The notes under the pieces: model-generated | Seen by the model: the letters and a program-made list of their open reading frames with translations, nothing else | Told to the model about the DNA's origin: nothing | Databases searched by the model: none | Translations under genes and position numbers: made by a program | DNA from: Anaerolineae bacterium | GTDB taxonomy: Bacteria; Chloroflexota; Anaerolineae; J102 | DNA length: 49,249 nt | Assembly: GCA_027002405.1 (NCBI GenBank) | Contig: JALWZT010000233.1 | Span: 1-49,249 of the forward strand | Direction of reading: 5' to 3' | Part shown: positions 18,457 through 28,387 of the stretch, piece after piece | Layout: every line of letters starts with the position of its first letter | How positions within the stretch are numbered: position 1 is the stretch's first letter

Positions 18457-18792
18457 ATGGACGTCATCAAAGTATCGGGTCGCTCTCGTTCCACTGCCGT
18501 GGCAGGGGCCATCGCGGGCGTTATTCGCGATGTGGGCTACGCTGAGGTGCAGGCCATTGGTGCCAGCGCGGTCAATCAGGCCATTAAAGCCACGGCCATC
18601 GCGCGCGGCTATTTGGAGGAGGATGGCATTGATATCGTCTGCCTTCCCCTCTTCGTGGAGGTGGATATCCAAGGGCTGGTGCGTACCGCGGTGAAATTGA
18701 CCATATGGCGGGTGAGGCACGAAGAGATTCACCCGCGCGTGCGCGAACAATTGACCCAGGCCGCAGAGCAAACCCTGGATGATATCACCTGA
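18457..18792 (+). CDS. spoVS: Stage V sporulation protein S family
   Basis: MDVIKVS...AVAGAIAG...QAIGASAVNQAIKATAIARG; RBS AGGAG. Confidence 0.92.
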   Translation: MDVIKVSGRSRSTAVAGAIAGVIRDVGYAEVQAIGASAVNQAIKATAIARGYLEEDGIDIVCLPLFVEVDIQGLVRTAVKLTIWRVRHEEIHPRVREQLTQAAEQTLDDIT

Positions 18793-18827
18793 GAAAGCCG
18801 AGGCCCCGTGAGGCTAGCCGGGTTCAT

Positions 18828-18978
18828 TGAGCGATGGCTCACCACATAACGATGAAAATGGAACGCAGATTTGCGCAGATGCTTCGCAACGCAGATTGAC
18901 GCAGATGATTTTTATTTTGATTTTATCTGCGTGAATCAGCGTTTTATCAGCGTTTATCTGCGTTCTCTATTTTCGGGA
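18828..18978 (+). mobile_element. Single cassette unit with CGCAGAT palindromic cargo, overlapping the glgD-like 3' end
   Basis: A-end TGAGCGATGGCTCACCACATAACGATGAAAAT; inverted CGCAGAT/ATCTGCG arrays; T-end variant CTATTTTCGGGACGG. Confidence 0.75.
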
Positions 18979-20257
18979 CGGGCCATTGGACATTCTCTCC
19001 TCCTGGAACTTCCAGATTGGGGAAGTCCAAAAAAGCCTCCTCCGTCACCCTCACGCCCACGACCACGTTACGTCCCAGCCGGGCCCCTTCGGGGATGCGG
19101 CTCCGTTGTCCGACCAGGGTGATGCCGGTATTGAGGATATCGGGCATATTGGAATTGGGTTGGTTGTTTTCCCCCACGCCCACCTGGGCGCGCGGGCCTA
19201 TCACCACCTGTTCATCCAGAATAGCCCGGTCTACCATGGCCCCGGCCTTGATCACCGCATTGTGCATCACAATGCTATCTCGCACCACCGCGCCCTCTTC
19301 AATGATCACGCCGGGACCGATCATGGAACGTTCCACCTCTCCCCAAATCCGGGCCCCATCACTGAGCAAATTGTTCTGGGCCCGAGCCTCGGGGCTGAAC
19401 CATACGGGCGGGTATTGTTCGGACCGGGTGTGGATGGTCCAACGGCGGTCGTTGAGCTCCAGCGCGGGGATGTGGGATAGCAAAGCCATGTTCGCTTCGT
19501 AATAAGCGGGAACGGTGCCTACATTGGCCCAATACCCTTCGAATTCATAGGCATATACTCGGGCTTTTTTGATTAGATCGGAAATAACCTCTTTACCCAG
19601 ATCGTTAGCTTCCTTTTTATTTTCTGTCAGCCAGGCTCTGAGGACCTCGGCCCGGAAGACATAAATCCCCATGCTGGCCAGGGTCGCCCGTGTACGCCGG
19701 GGTTTTTCTTCAAAACGAAGGATACGGTTATCCACATCCAGAGTCACCATCCCAAAACGGGATGTCTGGTGAGGCGCAACCGGGCGCACTGCAATGGTCA
19801 CATCGGCCCGGCTACGGCGATGAAAATCCAACATGGGTTGATAATTCATTTTGTAAACGTGATCCCCCGAGAGCACCAAAACCTCATCCACCCCGTCCTC
19901 TTCCACCACATCCAGGTTCAAACGCAAGGCATCCGCGGACCCTTTCTCCCACAATCCTTCCCCTGGCCGTGTCTGGTAAGGCTGGAGAAGGCGTAGCCCC
20001 CGGGTGGATCGATCCAAATCCCAGGGTTTGCCCGAACGAATATGTTCGTTCAGCGGCCGGGGCATGTACTGGGTGAGGACCGCCACATTGTAGATGTTGG
20101 AATTCACGCAATTGGATAGGGGGAAATCGATGACGCGATACTTGCCGGCAAAAGGCACGGCCGAGGCAGGACGCCGCGCGGTGAGCACGGCCAGGCCCGG
20201 CCCGGCACCACCGGCCAAAATCATCGCCATGACGTTGGATTCTGAGCTATCGGTCAT
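18947..20257 (-). CDS. Glucose-1-phosphate adenylyltransferase-like subunit (GlgD-like)
   Basis: GlgC-like sequence ([25 protein letters not shown]), but the GxGxRL and KPxV motifs read GAGPGL and ASAV. Confidence 0.88.
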   Translation of the reverse strand: MTDSSESNVMAMILAGGAGPGLAVLTARRPASAVPFAGKYRVIDFPLSNCVNSNIYNVAVLTQYMPRPLNEHIRSGKPWDLDRSTRGLRLLQPYQTRPGEGLWEKGSADALRLNLDVVEEDGVDEVLVLSGDHVYKMNYQPMLDFHRRSRADVTIAVRPVAPHQTSRFGMVTLDVDNRILRFEEKPRRTRATLASMGIYVFRAEVLRAWLTENKKEANDLGKEVISDLIKKARVYAYEFEGYWANVGTVPAYYEANMALLSHIPALELNDRRWTIHTRSEQYPPVWFSPEARAQNNLLSDGARIWGEVERSMIGPGVIIEEGAVVRDSIVMHNAVIKAGAMVDRAILDEQVVIGPRAQVGVGENNQPNSNMPDILNTGITLVGQRSRIPEGARLGRNVVVGVRVTEEAFLDFPNLEVPGGENVQWPVPKIENADKR

Positions 20258-21614
20258 GGGTCACCTGCTCCTTTTCATCAGAGGGCGAGGGGTTGGTGGC
20301 ATCACCTCTTTCTGCCTGAGCATGAAGGGTGGCGGCGGGCAATTCCACTCGGCCTGGATGCACCGATGCGCCGGAAGGGATCTCGGTATGACCTTTGAAG
20401 TCAGAAAGGTCCACCCCGGCATCGATGAGCACGTTACGCCCCACCCGCAGGTTGGAGGGGAGGTAAGCCCCCTTGCCCACCACGGTGATGCCGGTGTGGA
20501 GTTTGTCGGGCATCTCCACATTGGGGGTATTCAGGTCTTCCCCCATGCCCAGGCGCACACCCGCGCTGATAACCACATTTTTATCCACCACCACCTTATC
20601 CAGCACCGCGCCCGGGCCAATGTAGGTGTCGTTCATCACGACTGAATCCCGCACCACCGCGCCGGATGACACGAAAACGCCAGGAGAAAGCACCGAATGA
20701 GACACTTCGCCCTGGATGATGCAGCCGTTGCTCACCAAAGCATGCTGCACCTTGCCCAAAACACCGGTTTTGACGGGCGGGCGTTCCTGGCTACGCGTCC
20801 GAATTTGCAGATGGGTATCCCACAAATTCAGGGGATGCTCGGGATCGCACAATTCCAGAGATGTCTTCCAGTACGCGTCGATGGTGCCCACGTCCACCCA
20901 ATAGCCATCGAATCGAAAGGCGAAAACCCTTTCCTGGGCGTCGATCATGGCGGGGATCACGTGTTTACCAAAATCTAGATCCGGATGCTCAGGGTGGAGT
21001 TTATGGAGCCAGGTTTCCAGGGTATCGGTATTGAAAACATAAATCCCCATGCTGGCCAGGGTGCCTTTGGGTTCCTTGGGTTTTTCATAAAAGGCGGTGA
21101 TGCGCCCGTCGTCCGCGGTCGTCATAATGCCGAAACGATGAGCTTCTTCGGGCGCGACAGACCTGACCCCAATGGTCAGGGTGGCTCCCTGGGCCTGATG
21201 ATACGCGATCATGTCCCGATAATCCATCTTGTAAATATGGTCCCCCGAAAGGATCAGCACCCCATCCGCGTCCCGGTTTTCCAAGAAATCCAGGTTATGA
21301 TACACCGCGTCCGCGGTGCCCGCATACCAGGTTTGTCCCTCCCGGGCCTGGTAAGGTTGCAGCAGGCGAATGCCTCCCTGGATGCGGTCCAGGTCCCAGG
21401 GTTTGCCAATGCCAATGTGTTCATTCAGGGAATGGGGCCGATATTGGGTCAGGACCGCGATGTCATAGATTTGTGAATTGACGCAATTGGAAATGGTGAA
21501 ATCAATGATGCGATATTTCCCGGCAAAGGGAACAGAGGGCTTGGCCCGGTGGGCGGAAAGCACGGTCAATCGCGAGCCTTCGCCGCCCGCCAGGATCATG
21601 GCCACCACGCGCAT
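20247..21614 (-). CDS. glgC: Glucose-1-phosphate adenylyltransferase
   Basis: [54 protein letters not shown]. Confidence 0.95.
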   Translation of the reverse strand: MRVVAMILAGGEGSRLTVLSAHRAKPSVPFAGKYRIIDFTISNCVNSQIYDIAVLTQYRPHSLNEHIGIGKPWDLDRIQGGIRLLQPYQAREGQTWYAGTADAVYHNLDFLENRDADGVLILSGDHIYKMDYRDMIAYHQAQGATLTIGVRSVAPEEAHRFGIMTTADDGRITAFYEKPKEPKGTLASMGIYVFNTDTLETWLHKLHPEHPDLDFGKHVIPAMIDAQERVFAFRFDGYWVDVGTIDAYWKTSLELCDPEHPLNLWDTHLQIRTRSQERPPVKTGVLGKVQHALVSNGCIIQGEVSHSVLSPGVFVSSGAVVRDSVVMNDTYIGPGAVLDKVVVDKNVVISAGVRLGMGEDLNTPNVEMPDKLHTGITVVGKGAYLPSNLRVGRNVLIDAGVDLSDFKGHTEIPSGASVHPGRVELPAATLHAQAERGDATNPSPSDEKEQVTHDR

Positions 21615-21708
21615 GATGAAGCTCCCGGATAGAAAACGAGGATTGGAATGATGGCTACTATACACATGGTAGCAAAGATAACGCCATCGGGCAAGGATGG
21701 GTTATCTC

Positions 21709-21859
21709 TGGATGCACTGCCAGAAAGGTTTTTCAACACGGAGACACGGAGGACACAGAGAAAAGTAAGGGGGTTCACGGAGAAAATCCTCTCCAAATCT
21801 TATCTTTTTCTTCTCCGTGCTCTCTGTGTCTCCGTGGTTAAGTTTTTTCAGGAAATCCA
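21709..21859 (-). mobile_element. 151-bp MITE (TGGAT family) with 4-bp target duplication TCTC
   Basis: Reverse complement of 8697-8849; TCTC at 21705-21708 and 21860-21863. Confidence 0.85.
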
Positions 21860-21870
21860 TCTCCGCGCGA

Positions 21871-22170
21871 CTAGCCGCCCCCGCGCATGAGCATCAGGCC
21901 CAAGGGTTCCATGAGCCTGGTGAGTGCGGCCTCATCACGTCCCCGAATATCCAGCCAACCCCGGCCGATCCGCAACGAGCCCAACCGCACAGGCTCATCC
22001 GGCCGCATGAATGCTTCCCAATCCGGGCCTTGGACCCGATGTTCGGGCTCCACTACCTTCCCTCCCAATTTCACCAAATAAGATGTCACCAGCCATAACG
22101 GAGCGCTGCGCAGCTCGATATGAACCCAAGGCACGCCCTGGTCATCCCATGTGATCTGCCATGGGATCAC
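21871..22170 (-). CDS. Small conserved protein (DUF1952-like) coupled to a MoaD-family gene
   Basis: PLWLVTSYLVKLGG...VRLGSL...MRGGG; overlaps the stop of the MoaD-like gene. Confidence 0.65.
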   Translation of the reverse strand: MIPWQITWDDQGVPWVHIELRSAPLWLVTSYLVKLGGKVVEPEHRVQGPDWEAFMRPDEPVRLGSLRIGRGWLDIRGRDEAALTRLMEPLGLMLMRGGG

Positions 22171-22442
22171 GAACCCCCCCCCACAGGTGGGAAGATGCGT
22201 AAATCCGCGTCTTCCGGGATGACCATATCCAATCCCCCTGCATAGCGCACCTCGCGACCATTCAGGAAGATGTGAATCCGAGGTGAGATCTCGCCATCTT
22301 GCAAAAGCTCCTCCCGGAGCGCGGGATAACGGGCCAGGAGTTCGTCCAACACCGTGCGCACGGTGTCCCCAGGCCCGGCGTTCACTTCGACACTGGAACC
22401 GCCCACCAGGGGGCGTAGGGTGGCATAGAGTTTGACGTCCAT
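22167..22442 (-). CDS. MoaD/ThiS family ubiquitin-like sulfur carrier
   Basis: VKLYATLR, IFLNGREV, IFPPVGGGS. Confidence 0.9.
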   Translation of the reverse strand: MDVKLYATLRPLVGGSSVEVNAGPGDTVRTVLDELLARYPALREELLQDGEISPRIHIFLNGREVRYAGGLDMVIPEDADLRIFPPVGGGS

Positions 22443-22444
22443 AG

Positions 22445-23095
22445 AGTGTATTCCGAAAATAGGATCAGGATTAGGATTAGGATTGAGGATTGTTAGGCCG
22501 AGGTTAGGCGCGAGCTGGAGTAATCAGTGAGCAGTCATCAGTCATCAGTGTTCAGTAGCACTCCCGTGGCCAGCCCGCAGGGCTTCGTATCTGTAGCTCG
22601 GAGTCAAAGACCTTGAAGGTCTGGGAGACGCTTCAAGGTCTGGAGCTGGCGTTGGCCCCGCGGGTGGTGGTGCGAGGGCCAGCCGCCTGCACCAGGGGAT
22701 GATTCCCCGGCCAGAAACAGCGCGCCTGGGGGGCTAGCCGGATTCATCCGGCGCTGTTTTATAGCCCGGCGACTTCATCGCCGGGCGGGCGTCAAAGACC
22801 TTGAAGGTCTGGGAGACGCTTCAAGGTCTGGAGCTGGCGTTGGCCCCGCGGGTGGTGGTGCGAGGGCCAGCCGCCTGCACCAGGGGATAATTCCCCGGCC
22901 AGAAACAGCGCGCCTGGGGGGCTAGCCGGATTCATCCGGCGCCGTTTTATAGCCCGGCGACTTCATCGCCGGGCGGGCGGGCGTGGCAGACGCCACTTCA
23001 GTCGGCTAGACAACGCCAAAAAATAGGGCCACGAAAAAGGCGACGACGAACATCTGCGGAAATCTGCGAAGCATCCGCGCAAATCTGCGTTCCCT
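22445..23095 (-). repeat. Composite repeat cluster with an internal 188-bp tandem duplication
   Basis: T-end variant plus AGGATT hexamers and TCAGT heptamers; 22603-22790 is repeated at 22791-22978. Confidence 0.88.
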
Positions 23096-23253
23096 AAGCG
23101 ATTGTATCATAAAATCTGGAAATCGGCATTCACCTCTGGCCCGGGGTTTGTCTTTCCCGAAAATGTTGTGGCACACTTGGCATGGATCAATCGATCACAA
23201 TGGCGTGACATGGATGCACCATCCTGGGAGCGCTTATTTTTCTGGAGGATTTT

Positions 23254-24699
23254 ATGACGCCCATTCGCTTTGGCACCGACGGCTGGCGAGCCGTCATCAG
23301 TGATGAGTTCACTTTTCAGAATGTACGGTTGGTCAGTCAAGCTATCGCGGACCTGTTCCGTCGGGATCATCCCGACCAGGACTTGCTTTTCGTCGTGGGA
23401 TACGACACCCGGTTTCTTTCAGATCGCTATGCCCAAACGGTGGCCGAGGTCCTCGCGGGCAATGGCATTCGCGTGCTGTTGACCCAATCCTTCGCGGCCA
23501 CGCCCGCGGTTTCTTATGCCATCGTGCATCATCGCGCCACCGCGGGGGTCATGATCACGGCCAGTCATAACCCGCCCCGATACAACGGTTTGAAGTTGAA
23601 GGCCGGGTATGGGGGCTCGGCCTCGCCCGAACTGAGCCGCCAGGTGGAAGCCCGGTTGGTGGCCAACGAACAGGCCCGGCGCCCGGTTCAACAGCTTTCC
23701 CTGGAAGAAGGCCTTCGCCGCGGGCTTATCGCACGGTTTGATCCTTACCCTCCCTATGCCCGCCATGTGGCCCAATTGGTCGACCTGGAAGCCATCGCCC
23801 GTTCGGGTATGAGATTGGCCATCGATGCCATGTACGGCGCGGGGATAGGGTATACCAATCGCATCCTGCAGGAGGCGGGCGTCGAGCCCATCCTGCTCCA
23901 TCATGAACTCAATCCTGGATTCGGCGGCCTGCACCCAGAACCCATCGCCCGGCATTTGCAGGATCTAAGCGAGACCATGCGGCGTACCGACGCCATGCTG
24001 GGCCTGGCCACCGATGGCGACGCGGACCGCATCGGCGCCATGGACGCGGCCGGTGTCTTCCTGACACCTCATGCTATCCTCACCCTGGCCCTCGATTACC
24101 TTCTCCAAAAAGGCCTGCGGGGTAAAGTGGTAAAAACCGTGAGCACCACCCAGATGCTCAATCGTCTGGCCCAAGAACATCGGTTGGAGGTCATCGAAAC
24201 CCCGGTGGGATTCAATTACATCTCCGAGCTGATGTTGCAAGGGGATGTGCTCATCGGCGGAGAGGAATCGGGCGGGATGTCCATCCAGGGGCATATCCCC
24301 GAAGGGGATGGCGTGCTCATGGGGTTGCTTTTGGCGGAGTTGGTGGCCAAACAAGGTGGCGACGCCCGCGCCCTTATGAACCGCATCATGGACCGCATCG
24401 GGCATTTCGCTTATGCCAGACACGATTACGCGACCAAGCCCTTTGCCAAAGCCGCGTTGGTGAAAGCCCTGACCGATGATGCGCCTTCCCATCTCAATGG
24501 CGCGACGGTGGTAAGATTAGAGACCCGTGACGGCGTCAAATATGTGTTGGATGATGACAGTTGGTTGCTCATCCGCCCTTCGGGCACGGAACCGGTGCTT
24601 CGGGTGTATGCCGAAGCACGGGACCAGGACGCGGTGCAGCATTTGCTGGAAGAAGGCGCCCGCCTGGCCCAGACCGCGTTGGCCCGAGGGATCGCCTAA
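23254..24699 (+). CDS. Phosphoglucomutase/phosphomannomutase family protein
   Basis: FGTDGWR, TASHNP, DGDADR, GGEESGG, RPSGTEP; RBS GGAGG. Confidence 0.96.
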   Translation: MTPIRFGTDGWRAVISDEFTFQNVRLVSQAIADLFRRDHPDQDLLFVVGYDTRFLSDRYAQTVAEVLAGNGIRVLLTQSFAATPAVSYAIVHHRATAGVMITASHNPPRYNGLKLKAGYGGSASPELSRQVEARLVANEQARRPVQQLSLEEGLRRGLIARFDPYPPYARHVAQLVDLEAIARSGMRLAIDAMYGAGIGYTNRILQEAGVEPILLHHELNPGFGGLHPEPIARHLQDLSETMRRTDAMLGLATDGDADRIGAMDAAGVFLTPHAILTLALDYLLQKGLRGKVVKTVSTTQMLNRLAQEHRLEVIETPVGFNYISELMLQGDVLIGGEESGGMSIQGHIPEGDGVLMGLLLAELVAKQGGDARALMNRIMDRIGHFAYARHDYATKPFAKAALVKALTDDAPSHLNGATVVRLETRDGVKYVLDDDSWLLIRPSGTEPVLRVYAEARDQDAVQHLLEEGARLAQTALARGIA

Positions 24700-24703
24700 G
24701 ATA

Positions 24704-25102
24704 CTATTTACGGAACAGTCACCATGAGCAATCGCTCACCACATAACGACGAAAATGGGGACGCAGATGTTCGTCATGCTGAGCGACCGAAGGGAGCGAA
24801 GCATCTAGCGAGCGAAGCGAGCGCCATGCCGTGTTTTTTGCGCTTCGCTAGATTCCTCGGTCGCTTCGCTCCCTCGGAATGACGTCGCGAGGCTCTATTT
24901 TCGGAACAGGCACCACGAGCGATGGCTCGCCGATACGGACGAAAATCGCTTGCGCCGACCAACGTCGACCAAAGTAGACCAACATGGACGATGGAGCTTC
25001 TTGGTCTATGTTCGTCCTATGGTCTATGTTGGTCTGATCGCTCATCAAGGTCTATGCGACCGACCTTGGACTTCGGACATTGGACCCTTTTCTTCGGAAC
25101 AG
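24704..25102 (+). mobile_element. Tandem cassette array (24719-24909 and 24910-25102)
   Basis: Three GGAACAG junctions ending at 24718, 24909 and 25102; each unit starts with an A-end; the two units carry different palindromic cargo. Confidence 0.85.
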
Positions 25103-25114
25103 GAGGCATCACCT

Positions 25115-26449
25115 ATGAAACTCATCGTCATTGGCGGCGTGGCCGCGGGCATGAGCGCGGCGGCTCGCGCCAAACGTCGGAATAAAGACCTCAAAATCAC
25201 GGTTTATGAAAAGTCGGGTTATGTCAGCTATGGAGCCTGCGGACTCCCCTACTTCATCAAAGGGGATATCCCCAAGGCCGAAAATCTGATAGTACGTACG
25301 CCCGAACAGTTCGCCAAACAAGGGATCGATGCCCGGATTCATCATGAAGTCGTGGATATCGATGTCAACGCGCATCGGGTGACCGTCAAGAATCTGGAAA
25401 CCGGGGAAACCTTCCAGGATGATTGGGATGAATTGCTCATCACCACGGGCGCGGTGGCTGTCCGCCCCCCTATCCCGGGATTGGACCTGCCCGGCATCTT
25501 TACCCTGCGCACCGTAGAGGATGGGATTGCCATCCGGGAATGGATCGAAAAGAAGCACCCCTGGCAGGCCGTGGTGGTCGGGGGCGGCTACATCGGGCTG
25601 GAAATGGCCGAAGCCCTGGCTGCCAATGGCATGTATGTGGAGGTGGTGGAGATGCTGCCCCAGGTATTGCCCAATATGGATGCGGACATGGCGGAATTGG
25701 TCCAGGTGGAGTTGCAACGCCAGGGAGTGACGCTGCATCTGAACAGCCTGGTGCGGGCTTTTAAGGGGGGTGATCGGGTGCAGCAGGTGATCGCCGGCGA
25801 TAAGATCCTGGAAGCGGACCTGGTTCTGTTCAGCGTGGGCGCCCGGGCCAACATCCCTCTGGCCCAGAAAGCGGGCGTGGCCATTGGGGAAACCGGCGCC
25901 ATTGCCGTGGACGACCATCAGCGCACCAATGTCCCCCATGTGTGGGCCGCGGGGGATGTGGCCGAGGCCTGGCATCGCGTGTTGAACAAACCAGCTTATA
26001 TCCCCCTGGGCACCACGGCCAATAAGCAAGGCCGCATCGCGGGCACCAACATCGCGGGTGGGGATGAGGCTTTCCCGGGCATTGTGGGCACCGCGGTGGT
26101 GAAAGTGTTTGATCTGGAGGTTGCTCGCACCGGCTTAAGCGAGCGCGAGGCCAAAGAAGCGGGCTTCAACGCCACCAGCATCACCATCAAAGCCCCTGCT
26201 CGGGCCCATTACATGCCCACCCATCCCCCCATCCATGTCAAACTGGTGTTCGAAAAAGGCACCAAGAAACTGTTGGGCGGCCAAATGGTGGGGAAAGAGG
26301 GCGTATCCAAGCGCATCGATGTCATTGCCGCGGCCCTTTATGATGGCTGGACCGTTTATGACCTCAAGAGCCTGGATTTGAGCTATGCGCCCCCCTTCGC
26401 GCCCGTTTGGGACCCCATCCTGATTGCCGCGAACGTGGCCAGTAAATAG
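25115..26449 (+). CDS. CoA-disulfide reductase / NADH oxidase family flavoprotein
   Basis: IGGVAAGMSAA, SYGACGLPY (redox Cys), GGGYIGLE, AAGD, YAPPF; RBS AGGAGG. Confidence 0.93.
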   Translation: MKLIVIGGVAAGMSAAARAKRRNKDLKITVYEKSGYVSYGACGLPYFIKGDIPKAENLIVRTPEQFAKQGIDARIHHEVVDIDVNAHRVTVKNLETGETFQDDWDELLITTGAVAVRPPIPGLDLPGIFTLRTVEDGIAIREWIEKKHPWQAVVVGGGYIGLEMAEALAANGMYVEVVEMLPQVLPNMDADMAELVQVELQRQGVTLHLNSLVRAFKGGDRVQQVIAGDKILEADLVLFSVGARANIPLAQKAGVAIGETGAIAVDDHQRTNVPHVWAAGDVAEAWHRVLNKPAYIPLGTTANKQGRIAGTNIAGGDEAFPGIVGTAVVKVFDLEVARTGLSEREAKEAGFNATSITIKAPARAHYMPTHPPIHVKLVFEKGTKKLLGGQMVGKEGVSKRIDVIAAALYDGWTVYDLKSLDLSYAPPFAPVWDPILIAANVASK

Positions 26450-26489
26450 TCCTCGTGGCGTTTAACGCCCGCCCCGCGAAGAAAATAAT

Positions 26490-27085
26490 CCGTGTTCAGT
26501 ATCGGAGCTAAATCTCCGAGCTACCTCTGCGAAGCCCTGCGGGCTGGCCATGGGAGCCCCGAAGGGGCTTTGTACGCGTAGCCCGAGGGTTCCAGACCTT
26601 GAAGGGTCTCCCAGACCTTCAAGGTCTTTGACGCCCGCCCGGCGATGAAGTCGCCGGGCACCAGAATCGCGCCGGATGAATCCAGCCAGCTCCGCAGGGG
26701 CGCTGTTTCTAACTTTATCTTCCTTTATCCTCCGACGCTCATCATGAGCGATGGCTCACCACATCACAACAAAAACGGGAACACTGATGACATAGATGCT
26801 TCGCGACGCCGATTTCCACAGATGGCTTTTATGTTCATCTATTAAACACTGGCTCCACTGCAAAAATGGGCGTGGTTCATTTTTGACTACAAGGAACCTG
26901 ACAAATGCTGACAGGTCTTTCGTAGCAAGATAGTCGATATTTGGTATTGGATATTGGGTATTTGAATCGTCCTGAAACAGGGAATATCCAATATCCATGC
27001 TTTCACAGTCAATTTGTCAAGCTACAAAGCGCCCAAGTGAACCACGCCCTCAATCCTAATCCTAATCCTAATCCTGATCCTATTA
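26490..27085. repeat. Composite repeat cluster including GGCGTGGTTCA MITE copy 2 (26868-27049)
   Basis: Modules shared with other clusters (GCCCGGCGATGAAGTCGCCGGGC, AGACCTTGAAGG, A-end at about 26742, AATCCT hexamers); TIR GGGCGTGGTTCA / TGAACCACGCCC. Confidence 0.82.
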
Positions 27086-27087
27086 AC

Positions 27088-28383
27088 CTAGCCAGATTCG
27101 CCATCCGGCGAGGTCTTAGCCGACCGAAGTAACCGCTGGGCCAGGGCTTCGAGATAGGCTTTTTGCGTGTGCTGGCGGTACATGGTGGGGCCACGACAGA
27201 CGAAACAGAGGGCTTCTTCATCCCCCGGCCGTAGTCGGGTCAGGGTGCCGCATCGCTGGCAAGGGACTAGATAATCCGCCAGCAGAAGCTCACGTTCGGG
27301 AGCCAGCAACGCGGCCAGGGATACCGATGAGGATAGGGTCAGGGCATTTTCGGGGCAGACGGCCACGCAGATGTTGCAATCCAAACAGAGTTGGGGATGA
27401 AAGGTGAGGTTGAAAACCAGACCTTCCTCTATCTCCCCCCACAGGTAGTTGAGCGCGCCCGTGGGACAGAACCGGGCGCAAAGCTGACACCCTGAGCATG
27501 TAGCCGGGTCGAGAATGAGATCGCTCCAGGGGAGGGCGTCTGCATCGAGCAGGAAGGTGGGTTGGGGATGCCCCCGATTTTCGAGAGAAGCCAGATGCCT
27601 GTTGAGTTTGCGCAGGGAAGGGGGCACGTGGTAGGGCAGGCGTTGATCCACAGGCGCGCCCGGATCCAACATGGGGCGTACTTCGGCCCGGACGCTGGCT
27701 TCGTCCAGACGGGCCCGGGCCATCTTGCCCAGGCTGCGGAAGAACCCCCGCCGATCCACCGCGGGGGCCGCGCCATCCAGCACAGGCTTCACCACCACAT
27801 CGGTTTCATCTTCCGGCACCTGGCTGGCCAGATGGATGGCCGGAGGGAGATCAAAACCGGCCAGAAGCTGGTTGACCGCCTGGGCATGGGCGTGGATATC
27901 GGCCTGGGCCTGCCCCAGAGGGCAGGTTGCGCAAGGCGTATCCTCCAGCCACACCATCCGCTGACCATCCCGGCTCAGTTGCAAGAGCGCTTCCACCGAA
28001 AAGGCAGCCAGGCAGCGTTGATGGCGAATAACGTAGGCGGCCCTGGCTGGCGTTTGCTGGGGCTGGGGATGCTGAGGACAGGCCAGGGCCAGGGCTTCGG
28101 CATCGGGGAGTTCATCCTGGATGCTCAGCAGCGCGGTTTCGGGCGAGGAAGCCTGCCCCCAGGCATCGGTGGGGCAGGCCGGGATGCATACCCCACACCC
28201 CACACAGGCTTCCTCATCCAGCATGGGCAAGGGCCGGGGGTCCGGAGCCAATTGGATGGCCTGGGCCGGACAATGATCCACACAAAGTTGGCATCCGGCC
28301 TGACGATGCCGGGCATTGAGGCATTGCTGGGGCTGGACCCGCGGTGGAGCAAGATGAAAGGCGAGGGACATGGGGGTGTGCAT
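27088..28383 (-). CDS. Multi-[4Fe-4S] ferredoxin-type protein
   Basis: CQLCVDHCP, CVGCGVCIPACP, CSGCQLCARFCP, CLDCNICVAVCP and a C-terminal CxxC...CxxC. Confidence 0.9.
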   Translation of the reverse strand: MHTPMSLAFHLAPPRVQPQQCLNARHRQAGCQLCVDHCPAQAIQLAPDPRPLPMLDEEACVGCGVCIPACPTDAWGQASSPETALLSIQDELPDAEALALACPQHPQPQQTPARAAYVIRHQRCLAAFSVEALLQLSRDGQRMVWLEDTPCATCPLGQAQADIHAHAQAVNQLLAGFDLPPAIHLASQVPEDETDVVVKPVLDGAAPAVDRRGFFRSLGKMARARLDEASVRAEVRPMLDPGAPVDQRLPYHVPPSLRKLNRHLASLENRGHPQPTFLLDADALPWSDLILDPATCSGCQLCARFCPTGALNYLWGEIEEGLVFNLTFHPQLCLDCNICVAVCPENALTLSSSVSLAALLAPERELLLADYLVPCQRCGTLTRLRPGDEEALCFVCRGPTMYRQHTQKAYLEALAQRLLRSAKTSPDGESG

Positions 28384-28387
28384 GAAG

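Noticed and set aside
18457-18792. spoVS as evidence of sporulation
   Set aside because: SpoVS homologues are widespread in non-sporulating bacteria and no other sporulation genes are present.
24704-25102. CRISPR array (recurring junction motif separated by variable sequence)
   Set aside because: The period is about 190 bp, the intervening sequences are themselves multi-copy palindromes, the repeats are degenerate and no cas genes are present.
27730-27760. Tat signal (VDRRGFF) in the ferredoxin-type protein
   Set aside because: It lies mid-protein and is not followed by a hydrophobic segment.
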